32,749 bases of DNA from a virus (taxonomy: Duplodnaviria > Caudoviricetes). Shown here in pieces: positions 1 through 7,432 of the stretch; position 1 is the stretch's first letter; every line of letters begins with the position of its first letter. Both the position numbers and the translations under genes were made by a program. Below the pieces are notes generated by a model. It made no database searches. It was given only the letters and a program-made list of their open reading frames with translations, and was not told where the DNA came from. The stretch lies in the IMG/VR virus record IMGVR_UViG_3300025571_000014, positions 1 through 32,749 of that record; one strand, 5' to 3'.

Positions 1-21
1 GAAGTTGTAAACCCCCCCCCC

Positions 22-162
22 CTAGGCTCCACGTCCCCGACGCCTTCTCCACCAGGCGTTTACTCGAGGGGCGGCCCAGTCGTAGATCATCACGATGAGC
101 GAGCCTCCCACAGCCACGATGAAGAAGGGTATTCCAACTTTGTGCGCTGCCCAAAGGTCCAT
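22..162 (-). CDS. Small putative membrane protein, 46 aa (not in ORF track)
   Basis: Hand translation MDLWAAHKVGIPFFIVAVGGSLIVMIYDWAAPRVNAWWRRRRGRGA*: one hydrophobic segment then a basic tail; ATG lies 5 nt after a TATAGT -10 box. Confidence 0.6.
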   Translation of the reverse strand: MDLWAAHKVGIPFFIVAVGGSLIVMIYDWAAPRVNAWWRRRRGRGA

Positions 163-167
163 GCAGG

Positions 168-196
168 ACTATATCTCGCTTTGGCCCCCAGACGAA
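168..196 (-). promoter_or_regulatory. Sigma70-type promoter, probably leaderless
   Basis: Minus strand TTCGTC-N17-TATAGT-cctgc-ATG; TATAGTCCTG recurs in the promoter at 11241-11250. Confidence 0.5.
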
Positions 197-265
197 TAGG
201 AGAACTAACTTCGCTGTCGGAGCAGCTGGGTCAGGTGCGGCAGGTTCATGACGGCTCCTAGACAA

Positions 266-296
266 AGTCGCTGCCTACGCATGGCAGGCAGCGACT
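266..296 (-). terminator. Stem-loop, probable terminator or stabiliser downstream of the HTH gene
   Basis: Perfect 11-bp inverted repeat AGTCGCTGCCT / AGGCAGCGACT with 9-nt loop, about 20 nt past the stop at 318; U-tail is short. Confidence 0.5.
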
Positions 297-317
297 GGAG
301 GGGGAGTGAGGTGTTAG

Positions 318-947
318 TTACTCCTCGTCGAAGTCGAGATCCTCGTCGGAGTCGCTATCCTCGTCGTCCCCCTCGAGCTCGGCAGCGGCCACGTTATCGA
401 CGTGACGCTGGATCAAGTTGCGAACGGCGTCGAGCTCCGCAGAGTCCCTCTCCCACTGGTAACGGGTGCGGGGAGTGTGCTCGAAGTCACCGGCCTCACG
501 AGCATCCCGAAGAAGCTTGCGAAGGTACTGCGGCTGATAGCCGAACTCCTTCGCGAGGTCCCGGATCGTGACCATGTTCTCGGGCGCCTGGCGGGTCACC
601 CTTGGGGTCACAACCTCACCCTCCTGAACGCCCCGGTCCTTGCGCTTGCTCTTGCGGGTCGCTGCCTCAACCGTCGCCATGATGATTCTCCTCCCTTTCT
701 TTCGCTTACGTCTTGGCCGGTCTTCATCGACTCTATCGCGGGAACGCTCGAACTGGACAAACATCCGGATGATAGCGTCCAGCTCGGGGCTACCCACGAC
801 ATAGGAATCCCGTCGGCCAACCGGGAGATTCCCGAGCAGGTGCTCGTGCTCGATGACCCTGCCCACAACTTCTGGATCGGGCTCACCCAGATAGTTGCGC
901 CACCCAAAGCGGATAGCCAGGTCGGTGAGAGAGCACCGCTCAGTCAT
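318..947 (-). CDS. Putative DNA-binding protein with two HTH-like repeats and acidic tail; likely second start at 680
   Basis: TIRDLAKEFGYQPQYLRKLLR is HTH-like; the N-terminal SLTDLAIRFGW...SPELDAI mirrors it; strong SD AAAGGGAGGAG precedes the internal ATG at 680. Confidence 0.65.
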   Translation of the reverse strand: MTERCSLTDLAIRFGWRNYLGEPDPEVVGRVIEHEHLLGNLPVGRRDSYVVGSPELDAIIRMFVQFERSRDRVDEDRPRRKRKKGRRIIMATVEAATRKSKRKDRGVQEGEVVTPRVTRQAPENMVTIRDLAKEFGYQPQYLRKLLRDAREAGDFEHTPRTRYQWERDSAELDAVRNLIQRHVDNVAAAELEGDDEDSDSDEDLDFDEE

Positions 948-954
948 CTAGGGA

Positions 955-983
955 ATACTATATGAAAAGTTCGACATTGAAAA
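955..983 (-). promoter_or_regulatory. Sigma70-type promoter, leaderless for ATG 947
   Basis: TTTTCA-N17-TAGTAT then 7 nt to ATG, no SD, in an AT-rich 40-bp gap. Confidence 0.5.
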
Positions 984-986
984 CAG

Positions 987-2420
987 CTAATCTTCATCAA
1001 GAAACCTAACCTGCTTACGTAAGATATTTGTGACCAAGTCTGCCACCGTTCTTTTCTCTTGCACAGCCTTGAGGATATCCTCCTCGATGGTATCCCGTGC
1101 TATCAAGTGGATATACGTCACCTTATTGGTCTGCCCGATCCGGTAAACCCGGGCCCGTGCCTGGTCGTAGTCGACGAAGGAGTGGCTCATCGAGAAGAAG
1201 ATGGCGTAGGAGGCTCGCGTCAGAGTGATGCCTAGGCCCCCGACAGAGGTCTGGAGGACCATAACGCGGGGACTGTCGGTGTTCTGGAACTGGTCGATAA
1301 GCTCCTGACGATTCTTCGTCTCACCGTGCATAACTCCCACGGGGATCTTCAGCTTACGGCACAGGTCCGCAATCCTCTGGATCTCGAAGATGAATTTGGC
1401 GAAGATGACCACCTTGCGGTGACTCGGGATATCCTCGAGGATCTCCCCCAGGAGTCGAAGCTTGCTCGAGGGCCAGCTGACGACTTGACCTTCTTCATCG
1501 ATGACGAACCCGCTCGCAATCTGCTGAAGCTTCACCATCTGCGTGAGCACAAGAGGGGCGCTCACGACATGGCCTTGTGAGAAGCGCAGCAAGAAGTCCT
1601 TGTGCATGGCGCGGTAGTGGCGTCGCTCTTCAGCAGACAGCTCGAACGTGTGAATCTGATCGAGCGTTCCCGGCAAGTCGAGCGCTTCGTCCTTGGTGAC
1701 CCGATAGGCGACACTGTGGGCCCTGGCGGCGAACTCCTCAAGCCGCTTATACCCCTTGATCTGTTTGCGCTGAAACCCGCCCATAATCGCGTATCGGTTC
1801 TGGAAATCATAGTAACTTTCGGGAAAGATTTTGGGGTCGAGGAAACGATACTGAGACCACAGGTCGAGGGGGCTCTCGCTAACTGGAGTGCCCGTGAGGA
1901 TGTAGCGGTAGCGTGCTACCTTCCCCAGCCGATGGGCCGCCTTGGACTGCTTGGTCTTACGGTTTTTGATCTTCTGAGATTCGTCTAAGATGACCATGTC
2001 CGGACGCCAGCGCACTAGCTCGTCAGTCAGCTCGCGCAAAGAGACATAGTTGGCGATGAGAACGTCCAGGAAGCGTCCATCGCTGTTATGGCGGGATAAC
2101 CAACGTCGGCGCTCGTCTAAGCGCCCTGTGAGCATCTTAGTGCGCACAGAGGGGTCTGCAGCATGTTCCCTAAACTGCCGTATCCACTCACCCATAACAG
2201 AATCAGGCGTAACAACCAGGACGCGCTTGATTCGGTTGCGTTTGCGATGGTAGAGCGCTAGGCCGATGGCGACGAGAGTCTTGCCTGTGCCCTGCTCCAT
2301 GAAGAGCGCGTATCTCTTGTGGCGTCGAGCACGGAGGAACGCTTGCACCTGGAACGAGAACGGCTTGGTGCGAATAAGTTCTTCCAGTTTAGGTTTCGGT
2401 TTGGACGGCACTTTCGGCAA
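987..2420 (-). CDS. SNF2-family (SF2) DNA helicase
   Basis: Motifs MEQGTGKT, ILDESQKIKN, LTGTP, GGLGITLT, QARARVYRIGQ. Start moved from 2486 to in-frame TTG at 2420, 9 nt after GAGGAGG. Confidence 0.92.
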   Translation of the reverse strand: MPKVPSKPKPKLEELIRTKPFSFQVQAFLRARRHKRYALFMEQGTGKTLVAIGLALYHRKRNRIKRVLVVTPDSVMGEWIRQFREHAADPSVRTKMLTGRLDERRRWLSRHNSDGRFLDVLIANYVSLRELTDELVRWRPDMVILDESQKIKNRKTKQSKAAHRLGKVARYRYILTGTPVSESPLDLWSQYRFLDPKIFPESYYDFQNRYAIMGGFQRKQIKGYKRLEEFAARAHSVAYRVTKDEALDLPGTLDQIHTFELSAEERRHYRAMHKDFLLRFSQGHVVSAPLVLTQMVKLQQIASGFVIDEEGQVVSWPSSKLRLLGEILEDIPSHRKVVIFAKFIFEIQRIADLCRKLKIPVGVMHGETKNRQELIDQFQNTDSPRVMVLQTSVGGLGITLTRASYAIFFSMSHSFVDYDQARARVYRIGQTNKVTYIHLIARDTIEEDILKAVQEKRTVADLVTNILRKQVRFLDED

Positions 2421-2694
2421 GACGCAAAGCCTCCTCGACGGATCGAACAACGCCGGAAATACCGCCGGCGCGAGCGATTCGTTCAAGTGTCAGCTTCTGC
2501 AACTCGGTGGGCTTGTTACTCCCCACCTTCACTTCCATCCCGATGAACCGACCGTTGAGACAGCCACACAGGTCAGGGATCCCCGATGACTGATACGGGC
2601 CACCGTGAACCTTGAAGAGGAAGATGTCCGGGAAGCGCTTGGTGAGCGCTTCCCGGATCTTACGCTGGAGCCGGGTTTCAGGCCCTCTAGCCAT
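2389..2694 (-). CDS. VRR-NUC domain nuclease
   Basis: E..LQ..I, KVHGG, GIPDL, GMEVK, PTELQ pattern; about 100 aa; next to the SNF2 helicase. Confidence 0.9.
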   Translation of the reverse strand: MARGPETRLQRKIREALTKRFPDIFLFKVHGGPYQSSGIPDLCGCLNGRFIGMEVKVGSNKPTELQKLTLERIARAGGISGVVRSVEEALRLAESAVQTET

Positions 2695-3305
2695 TACCTG
2701 CGGGCCCGGTGCTGACGACGGCGGGGAACGGGCTGCTCCTCTTCCTCTTTGTCGTCAGTCTCCTCGTCGTCCTCGTCTTCGCCCTCTTCGTCTTCGTCCT
2801 CTTCTTCGTCTTCGTCCTCTTCTTCGTCTTCCTCTTCTTCGTCTTCCTCTTCTTCGTCTTCCTCTTCTTCGTCCTCTTCTTCGTCTTCGTCCTCATCCAG
2901 GAGGTCGTCGAGCGGGAAGACTTCTACAACGCGGGGGCGAAGCTTGCCCTCGTAGTCTTCATGGTCGACTTCGACCCCACAGCGCAAGCCTCTGTAGGAA
3001 GCTAGGTCGAGCTCCATCGGGCCGTCAACTTCGATGCCCAGCGCTTCGAGCATCATGCGAAGAGACCACAGGGACTGCTTCTGGAGCGACGTGTTGTGGA
3101 AGAGCTTTGAGCCCTTGAAGTCACCCTCGACGATCTTCAGCTCCCAGGAGAGGTAGGGCTTGCCGGACTTCTTCGACTCCGCCTGCTCTACCTTCTCCAC
3201 CTCGACGACGTACTCGCCGGGAGGAACGCGACGTCCGCCAGACTCAACCCCAGTGAAGTCGACACTGATGATCTTGCCCCTACCGATCTTACTCCTCTGT
3301 GCCAT
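2694..3305 (-). CDS. SSB-like protein (DUF669-like) with very long acidic tail
   Basis: VPPGEYVVEVEKVE, SKKSGKPYLSWELKI, GSKLFHN; about 50 D/E residues near the C-terminus; adjacent to the AAA gene. Confidence 0.75.
   Translation of the reverse strand: MAQRSKIGRGKIISVDFTGVESGGRRVPPGEYVVEVEKVEQAESKKSGKPYLSWELKIVEGDFKGSKLFHNTSLQKQSLWSLRMMLEALGIEVDGPMELDLASYRGLRCGVEVDHEDYEGKLRPRVVEVFPLDDLLDEDEDEEEDEEEEDEEEEDEEEEDEEEDEDEEEDEDEEGEDEDDEETDDKEEEEQPVPRRRQHRARR
2736..2897. repeat. Low-complexity tandem repeat encoding poly-D/E
   Basis: Reiterated 15-nt unit TCTTCGTCTTCCTCT (EEDEE) and variants. Confidence 0.9.
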
Positions 3306-4110
3306 CGTACTCTCCCTTTCTTATCCTGAGCAACTTCTCATACGTCGCGTCAACGACGTAGCTCGGGACCCTATACCCCTTGGGCTTCCGGACCTTCGTG
3401 GTGTAGAAGGCGTGAGGGCCCAGTCGAACGCGGTACTCGATGCGGCGCTTGATCTTGCCTTTGGTCTGCGTCACCTTCTCGGCGACGTAGGTGTTCCCGA
3501 CGATGGAGACAGCTCCGTTGAGCGTCTTCGCTACCGACGGGATGAGCGCCGGGCCAACCTCTGGCTCTAGGGTATCATCTTCTCCCTCCTCCGATTCGCG
3601 GATCCGGTCGTGAGCTAGGAAAACGACGTTCATCGGGAGGTCCCGGTAGCCCAGGATGACAGTCTGCATCTTCCCCGAAACCTCTCCCCAGAGCTGCTGA
3701 CTCATCGCTTCACGACCCTCTTTCTCGAGGATATCGCGCACCAACTGGACCTGTGCCATCGAGATGGTATCGATGATAACGGTCTTGTAATCGTGCGGCT
3801 GAGTAGCGAGCATCCAGTAAGTCAACTCTATATCGTCCCAGCTCTTCACAGGGAGTACCTGGATGCCCTCAACGTCGTAGATGGAGTCGGTACCCTCCTC
3901 GCGGACGTCCAGCAGTAACGCAGGACGTGGGAAAGTAGAAGCGATGGTCGTTTTCCCCGTACCGGAGCGACCATATAGCAGAATCTTGAGCCCATTATCG
4001 ATCTCTGACACAGGTCGGATACGACTCCTCAGTTCATCGAACCGGCTTGCCGGTGGGCCCTGTGAAGACTCTCCCTCTGTGCTCTTGATCCGTCGCCTAA
4101 TCTTCGCCAT
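3289..4110 (-). CDS. AAA_24 / Sak4-like P-loop ATPase (recombination or annealing)
   Basis: Walker A LYGRSGTGKTT, Walker B TVIIDTIS, NVVFLAH; sits between nuclease and SSB-like genes. Confidence 0.85.
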   Translation of the reverse strand: MAKIRRRIKSTEGESSQGPPASRFDELRSRIRPVSEIDNGLKILLYGRSGTGKTTIASTFPRPALLLDVREEGTDSIYDVEGIQVLPVKSWDDIELTYWMLATQPHDYKTVIIDTISMAQVQLVRDILEKEGREAMSQQLWGEVSGKMQTVILGYRDLPMNVVFLAHDRIRESEEGEDDTLEPEVGPALIPSVAKTLNGAVSIVGNTYVAEKVTQTKGKIKRRIEYRVRLGPHAFYTTKVRKPKGYRVPSYVVDATYEKLLRIRKGEYDGTEE

Positions 4111-5065
4111 TCTCCGAATCTTCCTCCTTTACCTCGACCACGAATTCGTTCCGGCGGATGAAGTCTGCATCTAGGCCTACCATCTCGGCCCAGCAGAGAC
4201 GTCGGTACTCACAGCGGGAACATTGCCAGTTGAACTCGCGGATAGGGTAATCACGAGTCTCGAGGATCCTGAAACCCTGCTCTCGAGCAACGTCGATAGC
4301 TACCTCTACCGCCAGGTCGTTGATGGGCTGCCGGACGCGGAGGTAGAAGTCGTCGTCCTTGCCCTGGAGCGCCTGCTTCATATCGAGGTAGTCGTTGGGG
4401 TCCAGCCCCAGCCGCTCGATCTCTGACAGGTATACCCCCCAAGTGGTATCGATGTTCCTGCGTTTCGACAGAGTACCGTTCTTCAACTGCTCCGGTACAG
4501 CCGGGGCTTTCGTGCGAACATAGTCCCAGATGATACCCACAGGGTTGTAGCCAGCTTGGCGCGCGAGCCAGATGTAGATCATACCCTGCAGGTTCATCTG
4601 TCGCTCGAACTCGTCGGGGAAGTGACGCTTGGTCTTCGTGTCGACCACCCAGGTAACGCCGTCTTGGTCGATGGCGATACGGTCTACTTTGCCTTTCAGA
4701 TAAACGCCCTTGGCTATCTCGAACGGGCCGAGCGTTTCTTCAATCTCGATGTACTTTAGAGGATCGGACTGCCATCGGTGGAAGTAACCCTGGACGATAA
4801 GCCAGATCTCGTCCATGAGGTTCTCACCAAGCTCCTCGCGTTCCTCCCGATACAGTTTATTGAACTCGGCTTCGTATCGTTCGAAAACCTCTTCCCAATC
4901 GTTACCCCGGTGGTACGCTTCGATAATCTCGTGGATAATGACGCCTCGGTATAATGGCGCTACCTTCCGCTTAGGGCGGAGGTTCTGGTCGTACTTGTAA
5001 TGGAAAGCCTGGTGACAGAACTGCCAGGTTTTGATCTTAGATGGCGAGAGTATGACAGTATCCAC
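4097..5065 (-). CDS. PD-(D/E)XK (Cas4/RecB-like) exonuclease
   Basis: LSPSKIKTWQFC, G..IHE, KGKVDRI, VVDTKT, Q..IY, C-terminal CSRCEYRRLC; SD AGGAGG before GTG. Confidence 0.88.
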   Translation of the reverse strand: MDTVILSPSKIKTWQFCHQAFHYKYDQNLRPKRKVAPLYRGVIIHEIIEAYHRGNDWEEVFERYEAEFNKLYREEREELGENLMDEIWLIVQGYFHRWQSDPLKYIEIEETLGPFEIAKGVYLKGKVDRIAIDQDGVTWVVDTKTKRHFPDEFERQMNLQGMIYIWLARQAGYNPVGIIWDYVRTKAPAVPEQLKNGTLSKRRNIDTTWGVYLSEIERLGLDPNDYLDMKQALQGKDDDFYLRVRQPINDLAVEVAIDVAREQGFRILETRDYPIREFNWQCSRCEYRRLCWAEMVGLDADFIRRNEFVVEVKEEDSENGED

Positions 5066-5082
5066 TTATCCTCCTATGCCCC

Positions 5083-5112
5083 ACTATATCCTCCGACAGA
5101 GGGGGACGAAAA
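5083..5112 (-). promoter_or_regulatory. Sigma70-type promoter upstream of the exonuclease
   Basis: CTGTTTTCGTC...TATAGT followed by AGGAGG SD. Confidence 0.45.
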
Positions 5113-5120
5113 CAGCCTAA

Positions 5121-6995
5121 CTACCCGTGCCATTCTTCCCCCGCCCCCCAAGGTCCGACGGCGATTTCCGCCACTAGCGGGATTGGGAGCTTCACACCGA
5201 GACGGTCGAGGATGACTGGCTTCTCCATGATACTCTTGATCCTCGGCAGTACTTCCTCGAGGTACTCCTCCTTGACCTCCATCAGAATGGCGTCGTGGAC
5301 AGTTCCCACGATGTTGACCACCGTCCGTGGGAACGTCTCATGAATCTCGAGTGCGCCCGCGAGCGTTATCTCTGCAGCCAGCCCCTGCACCGGCGAGTTG
5401 ATCGCCTGACGCTCGGCTTCTGAACGGAGGTAGTTATCGTCGCTGTGGATGTTCGGCAGCCGCCGCTTGCGACCCAGCTTGGTGCGGACGAACCCCACCG
5501 CTTGTGCCTTGCGAATCTGCCGGCGGTGCCAGCGCTCGAGCCCAGGATAGAGCTGGAAGAACCGGTCACGGAAGGCCTGAGCCTCGGCGTCGGAGAGCAT
5601 GATTTCGTATTTGTCTCGAGCGTAGTCCTTGAACTTCTTAGCGCCCATCCCGTAGACGAAGCCGAAGTTGATAGCTTTCGCTTTCTTCCTAGCGTCCTTC
5701 CAGACGTCACTGGGAACCTTCTTCGGGCCCATCCCCGTGACCTCCTGAGCGGTGGTCGAGTGGATGTCCCCGCCCTCCTTGAAGATCCGCTTCATCACCG
5801 GGTCGCCGGACTCGATGGCGGTCACACGGAGCTCGATCTGTGACTGGTCAGCCTCGACGAAGACCCAACCAGGCGGTGCTGTGATGAGGGAGCGGATGCG
5901 TCGGTCTCGAGGCACCTGCTGCAGGTTCGGCTCCTCACAGGATGGCCGACCGGTGACGGTCCCGTGGAGCTTGAAGTGTGGGTGTAGTCTCGAGCGGTCG
6001 TCGAGCTTATCCATCCAGGAGTTGACGAACGTGCCCAGAAATTTGGAAGCAGCGCGCGCCTTCAGGATCAAACGGGGCGCCGGGTGGTGCTCTGAGAGGC
6101 GCTGTAAGACGCTCTCAGACGTCGCAGGATTCCCCGTGGGGGTGTAGTCCAGGGGGGACATCCCAAGGCGCTTGAAGAGCATCTCAGACACTTGCTTGGG
6201 GCTGTTGACGTTCAGCCCCGGCTGGTACTTGTGGAGTTCAGCCATTGTAGAGGAGTACTCTTGCTCAAGTAACTCCTTCACTTCTTCGAGCCGTGAACGG
6301 TCGACATAGACCCCGTGAGCCTCGACATCGCGGAACATGTTGCACAGGGGCATAACGAGCTCATGGAAGAGAGCCTCGAGCCGCTTGTCGCGGGCAAGAA
6401 GCTTCTGCTGCAGAAGGAACAGCTCACGAGTGTAGTAGGCGTCCCGGGCGGCGTACTGGAACAGGTCGACCAGGCGAGCCTTACCCTGCTTGACCTTGGT
6501 GTCCACGTCCCAGTCGGGCACCCCGAAAAAGTATTGGACCTGGTGTTTCAAGCCGCTCACTCTATTCTCGTCGAGCAGGTGGGCAGCGAGCATCGTGTCC
6601 CAGTCGATATCGATCTCTACGCCCCCAACTACTTTCAGCCACAGGGAGTCGAACTTGCCGTTGTGAGCGACAACGTATGGCTCTTTAGGCATCGCCGCTC
6701 GCACCTCTGCCAGCAGGTGCTTGCCCTGGTCGTGTCTCCAGGGGCTCTCGTGGTGAGCGATGGGCAGGACCCAAGTCGAGCGCTGCGGCAGCAAGTCGAC
6801 TTGGAGTGTCATGATGCGAGCGTCCTTGACGAACGGAGACAACCCCGTGGACTCGATGTCTAAGCTCTGAATGGTCGACTTGCTAAGCTCTTCGAAGAAA
6901 GAGTCAAGGTCGTCGTTCCCCTCGACCATGCGAGGCCGATACTTCCCGAGGGGGTAGATCTTCCTCTTGCGCGGCAGGTCTGAAAGCTTCTTCAT
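5121..6995 (-). CDS. polA: Family A DNA polymerase with 3'-5' exonuclease, no 5' nuclease domain
   Basis: Exo motifs LDIESTG, AHNGKFD, YAARD; polymerase motifs TVTGRPS, ADQSQIELR, RKKAKAINFGFVYG, NSPVQG, TVHDAI. Confidence 0.96.
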   Translation of the reverse strand: MKKLSDLPRKRKIYPLGKYRPRMVEGNDDLDSFFEELSKSTIQSLDIESTGLSPFVKDARIMTLQVDLLPQRSTWVLPIAHHESPWRHDQGKHLLAEVRAAMPKEPYVVAHNGKFDSLWLKVVGGVEIDIDWDTMLAAHLLDENRVSGLKHQVQYFFGVPDWDVDTKVKQGKARLVDLFQYAARDAYYTRELFLLQQKLLARDKRLEALFHELVMPLCNMFRDVEAHGVYVDRSRLEEVKELLEQEYSSTMAELHKYQPGLNVNSPKQVSEMLFKRLGMSPLDYTPTGNPATSESVLQRLSEHHPAPRLILKARAASKFLGTFVNSWMDKLDDRSRLHPHFKLHGTVTGRPSCEEPNLQQVPRDRRIRSLITAPPGWVFVEADQSQIELRVTAIESGDPVMKRIFKEGGDIHSTTAQEVTGMGPKKVPSDVWKDARKKAKAINFGFVYGMGAKKFKDYARDKYEIMLSDAEAQAFRDRFFQLYPGLERWHRRQIRKAQAVGFVRTKLGRKRRLPNIHSDDNYLRSEAERQAINSPVQGLAAEITLAGALEIHETFPRTVVNIVGTVHDAILMEVKEEYLEEVLPRIKSIMEKPVILDRLGVKLPIPLVAEIAVGPWGAGEEWHG

Positions 6996-7432
6996 TCAAC
7001 TTCAGCCTCGTAAGGAGTAACGATTATACCGGCGGCCCTCAGGAGGTCTAATCCCCATACTGAACCGTAATACTGCGAGAACACAACTCGTTTGATGCCA
7101 GAGTTGATGATGAGTTTCGCGCACTCGAGGCAAGGTGAGTGGGTGACGTAGAGGGTGGCTCCGGGACGTAAGCCAGCCTTCAGGATGGCGTTGACCTCAG
7201 CGTGGACGGTCGACTGGCACTTGTTGCCGGCTGGGTCGCACGTCTCTGCTGTGCAGTGGGGGAGACCTCGAGGAGCGCCGTTGTACCCTAGGCCGTAGAT
7301 CTCTGCTTCGTCAGCGACTACAGCCCCCACCTGTGCCCGACGGCACGAGCTGCGCTGAGCCACAACGTGAGCGATTGCAAGATACATCTCGTCTCGTGTC
7401 AACCGCTTCTTGGGGATAACTTCGGCCATCAT
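6992..7432 (-). CDS. dCMP deaminase
   Basis: RSSC.R.QVGA, GYNGAP, HAEVNA and PCLECAK zinc motifs. Confidence 0.93.
   Translation of the reverse strand: MMAEVIPKKRLTRDEMYLAIAHVVAQRSSCRRAQVGAVVADEAEIYGLGYNGAPRGLPHCTAETCDPAGNKCQSTVHAEVNAILKAGLRPGATLYVTHSPCLECAKLIINSGIKRVVFSQYYGSVWGLDLLRAAGIIVTPYEAEVE

Noticed and set aside
12-22. 11-nt poly-C run as a phase-variation switch
   Set aside because: It lies upstream of the putative -35 rather than in a spacer or reading frame, and the context is cut off by the window edge.
2421-2486. Listed helicase N-terminus from TTG 2486
   Set aside because: Would overlap VRR-NUC by 98 nt; TTG 2420 has a well-spaced GAGGAGG.
2612-3118. Poly-Ser, Phe/Val-rich and Lys-rich ORFs (2612, 2687, 2709, 2749)
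   Set aside because: Alternative-frame readings of the poly-D/E repeat.
5121-6995. Z-base (DpoZ) or 7-deazaguanine modification system
   Set aside because: No purZ, datZ, dpdA, folE or que genes in the window; the enzyme set points to pyrimidines.
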